A stretch of 64,000 bases of DNA from assembly GCF_963921235.1 (NCBI RefSeq), contig NC_086108.1, positions 112,408,001-112,472,000 of the forward strand, in the 5' to 3' direction. Shown here in pieces: positions 12,013 through 24,095 of this stretch (the first letter of the stretch is position 1; each line of letters starts with the position of its first letter). The notes under the pieces are model-generated. The model was not told where the DNA came from. It did no database searches and worked only from the letters and a program-made list of their open reading frames with translations. The position numbers and the translations under genes are program-made. This DNA is from Mobula hypostoma. Lineage: Eukaryota.

Positions 12013-13305
12013 TTAGCGGAAGTTAGAGAAGTCGATGTTCATGCCATCAGGTTGGAGGCTACCCAGACGGAATATAAGGTGTTGTTCCTCCAACCTGAGT
12101 GTGGCTTCATCTTTACAGTAGAGGAGGCCGTGGATAGACATGTCAGAATGGGAATGGGATGTGGAATTAAAATGTGTGGCCACTGGGAGATCCTGCTTTC
12201 TCTGGCGGACAGAGCGTAGATGTTCAGCAAAGCGGTCTCCCAGTCTGCGTCGGGTCTCGCCAATATATAAAAGGCCACATCGGGAGCACCGGACGCAGTA
12301 TATCACCCCAGCCGACTCACAGGTGAAGTGTTGCCTCACCTGGAAGGACTGTTTGGGGCCCTGAATGGTGGTAAGGGAGGAAGTGTAAGGGCATGTGTAG
12401 CACTTGTTCCGCTTATACGGGTAAGTGCCAGGAGGGAGATCAGTGGGGAGGGATGGGGGGGACGAATGGACAAGGGAGTTGCAAAGGGAGCGATCCCTGC
12501 CGAATGCAGGGGGGGGGGAGGGAAAGATGTGTTTCGTGGTGGGATCCCGTTGGAGGTGGCGGAAGTTACGGAGAATAATATGTTGGACCCGGAGGCTGGT
12601 GGGGTGGTAGGTGAGGACCAGGGGAACCCTATTCCTAGTGGGGTGGCAGGAGGATGGAGTGAGAGCAGATGTACATGAAATGGGGGAAATGCGTTTAAGA
12701 GCAGAGTTGATAGTGGAGGAAGGGAAGCCCCTTTCTTTAAAAAAGGAAGACATCTCCCTCGTCCTAGAATGAAAAGCCTCATCCTGAGAGCAGATGCGGC
12801 GGAGACGGAGGAATTGCGAGAAGGGGATGGCGTTTTTGCAAGAGACAGGGTGAGAAGAGGAATAGTCCAGATAGCTGTGAGAGTCGGTAGGCTTATAGTA
12901 GACATCAGTGGATAAGCTGTCTCCAGAGACAGAGACAGAAAGATCTAGAAAGGGGAGGGAGGTGTCAAAAATGGACCAGGTAAACTTGAGGGCAGGGTGA
13001 AAGATGGAGGCAAAGTTAATAAAGTCAACGAGTTCTGCATGCGTGCAGGAAGCAGCGCCAATGCAGTCGTCGATGTAGCGAAGGAAAAGTGGGGGACAGA
13101 TACCAGAATAGGCACGGAACATAGATTGTTCCACAAAGCCAACAAAAAGGCAGGCATAGCTAGGACCCATACAGGTGCCCATAGCTACACCTTTAGTTTG
13201 GAGGAAGTGGGAGGAGCCAAAGGAGAAATTATTAAGAGTAAGGACTAATTCCGCTAGACGGAGCAGAGTGGTGGTAGAGGGGAACTGATTAGGTCTGGAA
13301 TCCAA
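12013..13305 (-). CDS. PLE reverse transcriptase C-terminal half plus GIY-YIG endonuclease (open 430-aa frame, N-terminally truncated)
   Basis: QTKGVAMG, FLRYIDD, FLD...TDVYYKPT, YLDYSSSHP, SQFLRLRRICS, Cys linker KCYTC, VIYCVRCSRCGLLYIGETRRRLGDRFAEH, terminal PDGMN. Confidence 0.9.
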   Translation of the reverse strand: MDSRPNQFPSTTTLLRLAELVLTLNNFSFGSSHFLQTKGVAMGTCMGPSYACLFVGFVEQSMFRAYSGICPPLFLRYIDDCIGAASCTHAELVDFINFASIFHPALKFTWSIFDTSLPFLDLSVSVSGDSLSTDVYYKPTDSHSYLDYSSSHPVSCKNAIPFSQFLRLRRICSQDEAFHSRTREMSSFFKERGFPSSTINSALKRISPISCTSALTPSSCHPTRNRVPLVLTYHPTSLRVQHIILRNFRHLQRDPTTKHIFPSPPPAFGRDRSLCNSLVHSSPPSLPTDLPPGTYPYKRNKCYTCPYTSSLTTIQGPKQSFQVRQHFTCESAGVIYCVRCSRCGLLYIGETRRRLGDRFAEHLRSVRQRKQDLPVATHFNSTSHSHSDMSIHGLLYCKDEATLRLEEQHLIFRLGSLQPDGMNIDFSNFR

Positions 13306-13479
13306 AAAGAAGCGTAGAGCTTTGAGACCTTCCTGATGGGGGATGGAAGTATATAGGGACTGGTTAAAAGATTAAGATTAGTTTTGTTTGTCACATGTAC
13401 ATTGAAACACACAGGGAAATGCATCACTTACGTCAACAATTAACACAATCTGAGGGTGTGCTGGGGGCAGCCCACAAAG

Positions 13480-13680
13480 TCACCACACCTCCAACATCAT
13501 GCCCACAACCTGCTAACCCTAACCGCCCATCTTTGGAATGTGGAGGGAAACCGGGGCACCCTGGGAAAACCCACATGGTCATTGGGAGAACGTGTAAACT
13601 CCTTACAGACAACAGTGGGAATTGAACCCAGATCGCTGGGCCTGTGAAGCATTGTGTTAACTGCTATGCTGCCATGTCAC
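13480..13680 (-). mobile_element. V-SINE-like element
   Basis: Reverse strand: gtgacatggcagcatagcagttaac...gggttcaattcccactgttgtctgtaaggagtttacacgttctccc (A/B-box-like head plus V domain). Confidence 0.7.
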
Positions 13681-14237
13681 TGTTGGCTTGTCATTTATGT
13701 GAGAAGTCAGCACCAATTTCATCTCAGTGATTGCGTCTAGTCTATAAACCAGGCGCTACATGATAGCCGCAGGAGCCTAGATCAATCAGATCAGGTGTAG
13801 AGCAAACATTTCACTTGTATCAGCTTATCAAAAGATGCCTGACATTCCAGCTCTCAGTCACTGCTTGCCCTGCAGGCAGCCATTATCAGCATGCCGAGGT
13901 CAGTGCACTGGGAAACCTTAAACCTCTTCTGGATCACTGTTAAAAACTGGCAGCATAATCAGTGTGACATTTTTGGAACCTTTGTGTCCAAAGCTGAGGT
14001 TTAAAGTTCTGGTTAAAGTTGTCAGAATCAGAATTACCCTTGAACCAGCAGGCTCCTGAACCGGTGTAGATAACCTCGCTCATCCCAACACTGAACTGAT
14101 TCCACAATCTATGGACTCACTTTCAAGGACGCTGCATCTCATGGTCTCAGTGTTATTTATGTATATATGCATTTATTTATTTGGCTTTTCTTTGTATTTG
14201 CACAATTTCTCTTCTTTTGCACATCAGTCAATCTATA

Positions 14238-14530
14238 TTTTATTTAGATGCAGAGCAGAGCAGGCTCTCCTGGCCCAACGAGACACATCACCCATCAAAC
14301 CATCTATTAAACACTAACCTAATCACAGGACAACTTACAATGACCTATTAACCTGCAAACCGGTACATCTCAGGACAGTGGGAGGAAACTGGAGCAGGCG
14401 GAGGAGACCCATGCATTCCAGGGAGAGGAGGTACAAACTCCTTACAGACAGTGCAGGAATGAATGCCAAACTCCAGAACACGCCAAGCTATAATAGTGTT
14501 GTGTGCTAACCTCCACAATACCATGGTGCC
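14238..14530 (-). mobile_element. V-SINE-like element
   Basis: Similar to 2519-2800 and 29490-29712 (ctaatcacaggacaacttacaatg, gtacaaactccttacagacag). Confidence 0.7.
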
Positions 14531-15052
14531 CTTTAATTGTGAGTATTATTTCATTTATTCCATTGTACTTCTTTGTTCTACTGTAAATGCCCACAAGAAA
14601 ATGAACCTCAGGTGGTATAAGGTGACATATACATACTTAGATAATAAATTTACTTAGTGGTCCTAAAGTGTTGAGTGTGTGTCTTCAGGCTCCTGTATCT
14701 CCTGCCTGGTGGCAGTAATGAGCAGGGGACATGTCCTGGGTAGTGAGGAATGGATACTGCCATCTTTTGAAGATGTCCTCGATGGTGAGGAGGCTGGCTG
14801 AGTCAACAATCCTCCGTGGCTTTTTCCAATCCTGTGCAGTGGCCCCTCCATTCCAGACAGTTACCCTTGTCTTCACACCCCCTGTGGTACTGAACTTCTA
14901 AGATCCACCTCGATCTGAGGGTGAATGTTTATACATGAGGCCCTCCATTGGTTGAGGTCGAAAAATAATATTGATCTGAGCTCTCTATATGATATACAAG
15001 CCAGGCCAGTACAATAAAGCTCTTGCCCATGTAACAAGCTCTCCCTCTTCAT

Positions 15053-16452
15053 TTGGGGGTGTTGTGGATAGTGTGGAGGGCTGTCAGAGGTTACAGCGGG
15101 ACATTGATAGGATGCAAAACTGGGCTGAGAAGTGGCAGATGGAGTTCAACCCAGATAAGTGTGAGGTGGTTCATTTTGGTAGGTCAAATATGATGACAGA
15201 ATATAATATTAATGGTAAGCCTCTTGGCAGTGTGGAGGATCAGAGGAATCTTGGGGTCTGAGTCCATAGGACACTCAAGGCTGCTGCATAGGTTGACTCT
15301 GCGGTTAAGAATGCATATGGTGCATTGGCCTTCATCAATCGTGGCATTGAGTTTAGGAGCCGAGAGGTAATGTTGCAGCTATATAGGACCCTGGTCAGAT
15401 CCCACTTGGAGTACTGTGCTCATTTCTGGTCACCTCACTACAGGAAGGATGTGGAAACCATAGAAAGGGTGTAGAGAAGATTTACAAGGATGTTGCCTGG
15501 ATTGGGGAGCATGCCTTATGAGAATAGGTTGAGTGAACTTGGTCTTTTCCTCCCTGGAGCAACGGAGGATGAGAGGTGACCTGACAGAGGTGTATAAGGT
15601 AATGAGAGGCATTGATCGTGTGGATAGTCAGAGGCTTTTTCCCAGGGCTGAAATGGCTAGTGCGAGAGAGCACAGTTTTAAGGTGCTTAGAAATAGGTAC
15701 AGAGGAGATATCAGGGGTACATTTTTTACGTAGAGAGTGTGAATGTATGGAATGGGCTGCCGGCAATGGTGACGGAGGCAGATAAGATGGGGTCTTTTAA
15801 GAGACTCCTGGGCAGGTCATAGTCATAGTCATACTTTATTGATCCCGGGGGAAATTGGTTTTCGTTACAGTTGCACCATAAATAATAAATAGTAATAGAA
15901 ATAGTATTAGTAATACTACTATTAGTAAATTATAAATAGTAATAGTCATGGAAATAATAACTAGTATAGAATAGTAATAGAAAAATAGTAATAAATAGTT
16001 AAATAGTAATATGTAAATTATGCCAGTAAATTATGAAATAAGTCCAGGACCAGCCTATTGGCTCAGGGAGTCTGACCCTCCAAGGAAGGAGTTGTAAAGT
16101 TTGATGGCCACAGGCAGGAATGACTTCCTATGATGCTCTGTGCTGCATCTCGGTGGAATGAGTCTCTGGCTGAATGTACTCCTGTGCCCACCCAGTACAT
16201 TATGTAGTGGATGGGAGACATTGACCAAGATGGCATGCAACTTAGACAGCATCCTCTTTTCAGACACCACCGTGAGAGAGTCTAGTTCCATCCTCACAAC
16301 ATCACTGGCCTTACGAATGAGTATATGGAGCTCAGAAAAAGAGAGAGCTATGGGTAACCCTAGGTAATTTCTCAGGTAAGCACATGTTCAGCACAGCTTT
16401 GTGGGCCGAAGGGCCTGTATTGTGCTGTAGGTTTTCTATGTTTCTATGTTTC
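15053..16452 (+). mobile_element. 5'-truncated CR1 LINE interrupted by a Rex1-like 3' end
   Basis: [32 protein letters not shown]; continues after 16320 to a (TTCTATGT)n tail. Confidence 0.9.
15818..16320 (-). mobile_element. Young Rex1/Babar-like LINE 3' end
   Basis: ORF 16055-16297 almost identical to 11302-11517; (catagt)n tail; AT-rich 3' UTR expanded. Confidence 0.85.
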
Positions 16453-16879
16453 ATGCATCTGATGAATCCAAAGGAACGGCAGAGACTGATACAGTTTGGC
16501 ACCAGCAGCATTGCCGGAGTTGACGGTCAGCTTTAAACTCAACTTTGGTCTCCTTTAGGAAGTCCAGCTCAGGATTTTTCTTTGGGGTTTACTCCTGAAG
16601 TTTTCCCCATGTGCGGGTATAGCCACAAGGCAGCGGAGGTTTGAAATCAGAGTTTTCTTTCTCCAAAATGATATGCCAACCACAACTGATGAGCCCCCTC
16701 TGCCCAAAGTGATTGGTTTTAAGGCATCAGTAACCCACCTTTGCCTCTTCTCCTGTCAGTAGAAATAGTTCTTCCGGGCTTAGTAGCTAAGCTACACATG
16801 AAGGCCAGAAGCTGGACTTGATTGTCAGAGGCTATTTGAGACACATTTAATAGAAGCATTTAATAGGTAGTTGGAGCTT

Positions 16880-17496
16880 TAGATTATGAAGACACGTAGT
16901 CCTCTTTTATTGTCATTTAGTAATGCATGCATTAAGAAATGATACAATATTTCCTCCGGTGTGATATCACAAAACACAGGACAAACCAAGACTGAAAAAA
17001 CTGACAAAACCACATAAATATAACATATAGTTACAACAGTGCAACAATATCATAACTTGATGAAGTCCATGAGCACAGTAAAAGTTCAAAGTCTCTCAGA
17101 TGTCCCACATCTCACGCAGACAGGAGAAGGAAGAACTCTCCCTGACATACCGACCACAGTCCGACTCTGAGTCATCTGAAAACTTCGAGCTCTGATCAGC
17201 TCTCCGACACCGAGTACTGAGCGCCATCTCTGTCCGAACGATTCGACCTCAACCTTGGTCGCCAACAGCAGGCAAAGCCAGGGATTTTGAGGCCTACCCT
17301 CCGAAAGATTCCCGACTATGCAGTAACGACAGCAGCAAACGAGCGTTTCAGAAATTTCTCCAGATGTTCCTCTGTGCTTTCACGTCCATTCTCCATCAAA
17401 TCAGAATTGTCCACGGCCCCTATTTAACAGATACGATATCATTTTCCACCGGAGGGCTGCGCACACGCAGCGCGCTGCTCTCTCTCCTCCCGCCAT
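16880..17496 (-). mobile_element. Probable non-autonomous retroelement with CpG-rich head and LINE-like 3' tail
   Basis: Its 3' end (reverse complement of tagattatgaagacacgtagtcctcttttattgtcatttag...) matches 41040-41178 on +; no ORF; CpG-rich 17150-17496. Confidence 0.55.
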
Positions 17497-18805
17497 TGCG
17501 GTATGGAGTTCAAAAATGCTCATAATACTCCAAATCTGGCAAGCAGCTTATTACATCCTTGATTCTTAAATTCTAGTCCTATCAATAGAAATAAAGAAGG
17601 CAGCCCTTACCCTGACACACCACTGTGTAACATTGTGATTTCGTGCAATGCAATGCCATGTTGTTATCACCATGACTCAAGTATGGGTAGTATGTGACGT
17701 AAAGGTCGAAGGGCAGTGCATCTGTGGAATTCATTGCCAGCAATTGGGTCGTGAGAATTCGGGAGCTGCCAGCACAACTAGCACATGTGAGTTTCATTTC
17801 AATGAGAAGTTTGGATAGGTACATGGATAGATAGGATGGTCCAGGTGCAGGTCGATGGGAGTAGGCAGCTTAAATGGCTCAGTGTGGACTAGATGGGATG
17901 AAGGGTCTGTTTCTGTGCTGGACTTCCCTATAACAATGACTCTATGACAGAGGGCTGTGGAGGCCAAGTCATTAGGTATATTTAAAGTGTGTTGATAGAT
18001 TCTTCATAGGTCAGTATGATAAAGGTTACAGGGAGAAGGCAGAAGAATAGGTTGATAGGGATAATAAATCTGCTATGATTGAATGGCAGAGCAGATTTGA
18101 TGGGCCGAGTGGCCAAATTCTGCTCCTGTGAATTGTGGTCTTATGATCTTATACCACAGTGCTGAATGGATGGTTTTCTGCTGTCATTTTGCGCTGACAT
18201 TGATTCAATGAACCTCAATACTACCATAACTAAGCACCTTTTTTGAACTTCGCTCTTAATCTGTGGAATTCAATACCTATAACTATAAGCAATGCAGACT
18301 CAATTGATACTTATAAACACCAGTTCAAAGCCTATTAACCTTGCTTTTAACTAACATCTTTACATCTATTTGTCTTTCATTTTTTATATATTTTATTTTG
18401 ATGTTCAAATGTTCAATGGTTCAAAGGTTCATTTTAGTATCTGAGAATGTTTACAATATACAACCTGTAATCCTTACTCTTCACAGACATCCATGAAACA
18501 GGAACCCCCGCAAAATGAATGATAGAAATATTGAGGCACCTGAAGACCCCTCCCCTCCATTCACACAAGCTTTTATCTCATCGTAAAACACTTTGAACTA
18601 TGTCACCTGTATGAAAAGTGCTCTATAAATATGTTATTATTGTATTTTTATTTTTTCTCAGCTGATGCTGGTAAAACCTGAGGTACGGGCATAGCCAAGC
18701 ACGCTCATTTTTCCATTTGCTAGGAACTTTCGGACTACTCTAGTATTTATGTTATGGCTTTCTGGAGAGCTACATAAATATTGTTATGTAGGGTAATTGT
18801 GCACC

Positions 18806-20030
18806 CCTGGTGCACCTCAGGGGTGTGTGCTTAGCCCACTGCTCCACTCTTTCTATACCATGACTGTGTGCCTAGGTATAGCTCAAACACCATCTAGTCC
18901 ACACCATCTATAAATTTGCTGAAGATACAGCCATTGTTGGTAGAATCTCAGATGGAGGTGAGAGGGATACACCAACTAGTGGAGTGGTGCTGCAGCAACA
19001 ACCTGGCACCCAACATCAGTGAGACCAAAGAGCTGATTGTGGACTTCAGGAAGGGTAAGACGAGGGAACACGAACCAATCCTCATAGAAAGATCAGAAGT
19101 GGAGAGAGTGAGCAATTTCAGGTTCCTGGGTGACAAGATCTATGAGGAGCTAACCTATTCCCAACATATCGATGCAGCTATAAAGAAGGCAAGACAGTGG
19201 CTATATTTCATTAGGAGTCTGAAGAGATTTGGTGTGTCAACTAAAACACTCAAAAACTTCTATAAATATACTGTGGAGAGCATTCTGACAGGCTGCAGCA
19301 CTGTCTGGCATGGGGTAGTGGGGGGCAGGACTACTGCACAGGACTGAAAGAAGCTACAGAAAGTTATAAAACCAGCGTCCGTAGTACCCAAGACATCTTC
19401 AAGGAATGGTGCCTCAGAAAGGCAGCATCCATCATTAAGGAGTCACAGCACCCAGCTTCCCTTTTTCTCATTGCTGCCACCAGGAAGGTACAGAGGAGAT
19501 GTCAGAGGTAAGTTTTTTATGCAGGGAGTGGTGAGTGTGTGGAATGGGCTGCCAGTGACAGTGGTGGAGGCGGATACGATAGGGTCTTTCAAGAGACTCC
19601 TGGACAGGTACATGGAGATTAGAAAAATAGAGGGCTATGGGTAACCCTAGGTAATTGCTAAGGTAAGGACATGTTCGGCACAGCTTTGTGGGCCGAAGGG
19701 CCTATATTGTGCTGTTGGCTTTCTGTGTTTCTAAGTTAGGAAGGATGTACAGAAGCCTGAAGGCACACACTCAGCAATTCAGGAACAGCTTCTTCCCCTC
19801 TGCAATCCAATTCCTAAATGGACATTGAATCCATGAACGCTACCTCACTTTTCTTTAATATATATTATTTCTGTTTTTGCACTATTTTTAATCTATTCAA
19901 TGTACGTTTGTACATATATAGTTACTGTAATTGATTGATTGATTGATTTCTATATTATCATTAAACTGCTGCTGCTAAGTTAACAAATTTCACGAGACAT
20001 GCCGGTGATAATAAACCTGATTCTGAATTG
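18806..20030 (+). mobile_element. Rex1/Babar-type LINE RT 3' half with a CR1 3' end inserted at ~19489-19735
   Basis: ggtgcacctcaggggtgtgtgcttagccca ([10 protein letters not shown]); LVEWCCSNNL, ETKELIVDFRK, KKARQWLYFIRSLKRFG. Confidence 0.85.
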
Positions 20031-20854
20031 TTTAATGTTATTGTGCAGTAACTTTGAGATGATACCAGTTGTCAATATTACTATTGGGACAATATATACC
20101 CTGTTCATGTTCCATTGTCTTTCAGATTCCTCTTTTAATTCAGCATATTTCTGGTGTTTTTCACTGATCGATTTCCATAGGTTGTGTGTGTTTGGGATGG
20201 CTATATCTTTTAATTAAGTTGTTCTTGCTTGTTTATCCAGTATTATTATAACCGGCTAGTTTTTTTTTATTTATTCATTTACGGGATGTGGGCATCGCCA
20301 GCTATGCCAGCATTTATTGCCCGTCCCTGGTTGCCCTTGAGAAGGTGGTAATGAACTGCTGCAGTCCCTGAGGTGTAGGTACACAGTGCTGTTAGGGAGG
20401 GAACTCCATGATTGTGACCCAGTGACAATGAAGGAACAGTGATATGTGTCCAAGTCAGGATGGCGAGTGACTTGTAGGGGGATTACGGATTGTCTTTTCT
20501 GCAGACCATTAGGTTAATTGGCCACTGTAAATTGAGTCCAGTGGCTGGATGAGGAGTGTTGATAAACACTGGAGTGAAAGCAATTTTCAAATATCATAAG
20601 AGAATGGATTTCAGGAAGGGGGAGGGCACACACTCCTATTTACATCAACAGTGTTGAGATTGAAAGGGTTGAGCACTTCAAGTTCCAAGGTGTGAACATC
20701 GTCAATAACCTGACCTGATCCATACACATTAATATCACGGCCAAGAAAGCTCACCTATGCCTCTGCTTCCTCAGGAAGCTAAAGAAATTGGCTTGTTCCC
20801 TGTGACCCTCACCAATTTTCAACAGTTCCTCTGTGTCTGTTGCATCTGTTCCCA

Positions 20855-22416
20855 TGATGAGGATTTTCGGACATTCAAGAGTGTCAGGGAAGTGAAGTAT
20901 GTGCAGTGAAAATTACAACTGAGAAGGTGCTCAGGAAGCTTAATGATCTGAGGGTGGATAAATCTCCTGGACCTGATGGAATGCACTCTCGGGTTCTGAA
21001 GGAAGTAGCTGGAGAGATTACAGAGGCATTAACATTGATCTTTCAAGAATCGATAGATTCTGGCATTGTACTGGATGACTGGAAAATTGCAAACGTTACT
21101 CCGCTATTTAAGAAGAGTGGGAGGCAGCAGAAAGGAAACTACAGACCCTGTTAGCCTGACATCAGTGGTTGGGAAGTTGTTGGAATCGATTGTTAGGGAT
21201 GAGATTATGGGGCACCTGGAGGCACATGACAAGATAGGCCAAAGCCAGTGTGGTTTCTTGAAAGAAAAATCCTGCCAGACTAACCTACTGCAATTCTTCG
21301 AGGAAATTACAAGCAGGGTAGACAAAGGAGATACAGTAGATGTGGTGTACTTGGATTTTTAGAAGGCCCTCGACAAGGTGCCACACATGAGGCTGCTTAG
21401 CAAGATAAGAGCCCATAGAACTACAGGGGAGTTACTAGCATGGGTGGAGCATTGGCTGGTCAGCAGAAAACAGAGAGTGGAAATAAAGGGATCCTATTCT
21501 GGCTGGCTGCCGGGTACCAGTGGAGTTCCACAGGGGTTGGTGTTGGAACTGCTGCTTTTTACGATGTATGTCAATGATTTGGACTACGGTATTAAAGGAT
21601 TTGTGGCTAAATTTGCCGATGGTACAAAGATAGGTGGAGGAACGGGTAGTGTTGAGGAAACAGAGAGACTGCAGAGAGACTTAAATAGTTTAGGGAAATG
21701 GACAAAGAAGTGGCAAATTAAGTACAATGTTGGAAAGTGTATGGTCATGCACTTTGGTGGAAGAAATAAACGGACAGACTATTATTTAGATGGGGAGAGA
21801 ATTCAAAATGCAGAGATGCAAAGGGACTTGGGAGTCCTTGTGCAGGGTACCCTAAAGGTTAACCTCCAGGTAGAGTCAGTGGTGAAGAAGGCGAATGCAA
21901 TGTTGGCATTCATTTCTGGAGGTATAGAATATAAGAGCAGGGATGTGATGTTGAGGCTCTATAAGGCACTCGTGAGATCACACTTGGAGTATTGTACGCA
22001 GTTTTGGCCCCCTTATTTTAGAAAGGATATACTGACATTGGAGAGAGTTTAGAGAAGATTCACAAGAATGATTCCAGCAATGAAAGGGTTACTGTATGAG
22101 GAACGTCTGGCTGCTCTTGGGCTGCATAATCTGGAGTTCAGGAGAATGAGGAGGCATCTCATAGAAACATTCCGAATGTTAAAAGGTCTGAACAGATTAG
22201 ATATGGCAAAGTTATTTCCCATAGTAGGGGATTCTAGGACAAGAGGGCACAACTTCAGGATTGAAGGATGTCCTTTTAGAACGGAGATGTGGAGAAATTA
22301 ATTTAGTCAGAGGGTGATAAATCTGTGGAATTTGTTGCCAGGAGCAGCCGTGGAGGCCAAGTCATTGGGTGCATTTAAGGCAGAGATAGATAGGTTCTTG
22401 ATTAGCCAGGGCATCA
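20855..22416 (+). mobile_element. CR1 LINE RT region, degenerate
   Basis: DKSPGPDGMH, SGVPQG, KFADGTK, RDLGVLV, HLEYC in ORFs 20906-22301. Confidence 0.9.
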
Positions 22417-23905
22417 GTGGCCACACCTCTGGCACAGAGTCTGGACCTGTGGCTCAGAAGGGTAGGGAAAGGGAGAGGATGGCATCAGTGATAGGGGACT
22501 CTACAATTAGGGGGTCAGACAGGCAATTCTGTGGACGCAGGAAAGAAACACGGATGGTAGTTTGCCTCCCAGATGCCAGGGTCCAGGATGTTTCTGATCG
22601 GGTCCATGATATCCTGAAGTGGGAAGGTAAACAGCCAGAGGTTGTGGCACATATTGGTACCAACGACATAGGTAGGAAAAGGGAAGAGGTCCTGAAAACA
22701 GACTACAGGGAGTTAGGAAAGAAGCTAAGAAGTAGGACCTCAAAGGTAGTAATCTCGGGATTACTGCCCGTGCCACACGACAGTGAGTATAGGAATAGAG
22801 TAAAGTGAAGGATGACTACAGTGGACGAAGAACTTGAGCATGTAGTTATTAAGAAAGAGGATGTGCTGGAGCTTTTGGAAAACATCAAGTTAGATAAGTT
22901 ACTGGGACCAGATAAGATATACCTCAGGCTACTGTGGGAAGCGAGGGAGGAGTTTGCTGAGCCTCTGGCAATGATCTTTGCATCATCAATGGGGATGGGA
23001 GACGTTCCAGAGGATTGGAGGGTTGCAGATGTTGTTCCATTATTCAAGAAAGGGAGTAGAGATAGCCCAGGAAATTATAGACCAGTGAGTCTTACTTCAG
23101 TGTTTGGTAAGTTGATGGAGAAGATCCTGAGAGGCAGGATTTATGAACATTTGGAGAGGCATAATACGATTAGGAATAGTCAGCGTGGCTTTGTCAAAGG
23201 CCTTACTAGCCTAAATTAATTTTTTGATGATGTGACTAAACACATTGATGAAGGTAGAGTAGTAGATGTAGTGTATATGGATTTCAGCGAGGCATTTGAT
23301 AAGGTACCCCATTGCAAGGCTTATTGAGAAAGTAAGGAGGCATGGGATCCAAGGGGACATTGCTTTGTGGATCCAGAACTGGCTTGCCCACAGAAGGCAA
23401 AGAGTGGTTGTAGACGGGTCATATTCTGCATGGAGTTTGGTGACCAGTGGTGTGACTCAGGGATCTGTTCTGGGATCTCTTCTCTTTGTAATTTTCATAA
23501 ATGACCTGGATGAGGAAGTGGAGGGATGGGTTAGTAAATTTGCTGATGACACAAAGAGAGGCATTGATCATGTGGGTAGTCGGAGGCTTTTTCCCAGGCC
23601 TGGAATGGCTAGCATGAGAGGGCACAGTTTTAAGGTGCTTGGAAGAAGGTACAGAGGAGATGTCAGGGGTAAGTTTTTTATGCACAGTGGTAAGTGCTTG
23701 GAGTGGGCTGCCAGCGATGGTAGTGGAGGCGGATATAATCTGGTCTTTTTAGAAACTCCTGGATAGGTACAAGGAGCTTAGAAAAATAGAGGACTATGTG
23801 TAACCCTAGGTAATTTCTGAAGTAAGTACATGTTTGGCACAGCATTGTGGGCCGAAAGGCCTGTACTGTATTGTGCTGTAGGTTTTCTATATTTCTATGT
23901 TTCTA
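22417..23905 (+). mobile_element. Internally deleted CR1: ORF1 SGNH esterase joined to RT, then to the 3' end
   Basis: VIGDS..RG, CLP.ARVQDV, HIGTND (esterase) at 22480-22808, then RT at ~22815; jump from FADDTK to RGIDHV at ~23555; (TTCTATGT)n tail. Confidence 0.85.
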
Positions 23906-24095
23906 AGTAGAGAAGGTTGAGGGGTGTCATATTCAGAAGTATTAGAGTGCCTCAGGATGTCTGTGCCCATGTCTTTTTCCCAGGGTGGCAATGGCCAATA
24001 CCAGAAGACATCCTTTTAAGGTGAGTGGAGGTTTCAGGCCTGCAAAGGCAGGCACCTCCCAGTCTCCACCAAGTTAACATGAGTCAGTTGCCACT

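Larger units (their letters stand above)
11620..13363 (-). mobile_element. Penelope-like element (Neptune-like), 5'-truncated, young
   Basis: 14-bp TSD TTAAAAGATTAAGA at 11606-11619 and 13364-13377; RT plus GIY-YIG ORF; pyrimidine-rich 3' region; hammerhead motif. Confidence 0.95.

Noticed and set aside
12013..13305. Bacterial retron, group II intron or homing endonuclease, or telomerase
   Set aside because: RT followed by a C-terminal GIY-YIG, with a TSD and hammerhead end, is diagnostic of Penelope-like elements
17582..17824. Minus-strand coding exon ending at a GTAAG donor near 17610
   Set aside because: The ORF starts within a CR1 remnant, the acceptor is ambiguous and no homology was recognised
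22314..22808. Host GDSL/SGNH lipase gene
   Set aside because: It is the esterase domain of CR1 ORF1, embedded in LINE sequence and fused to an RT C-terminus
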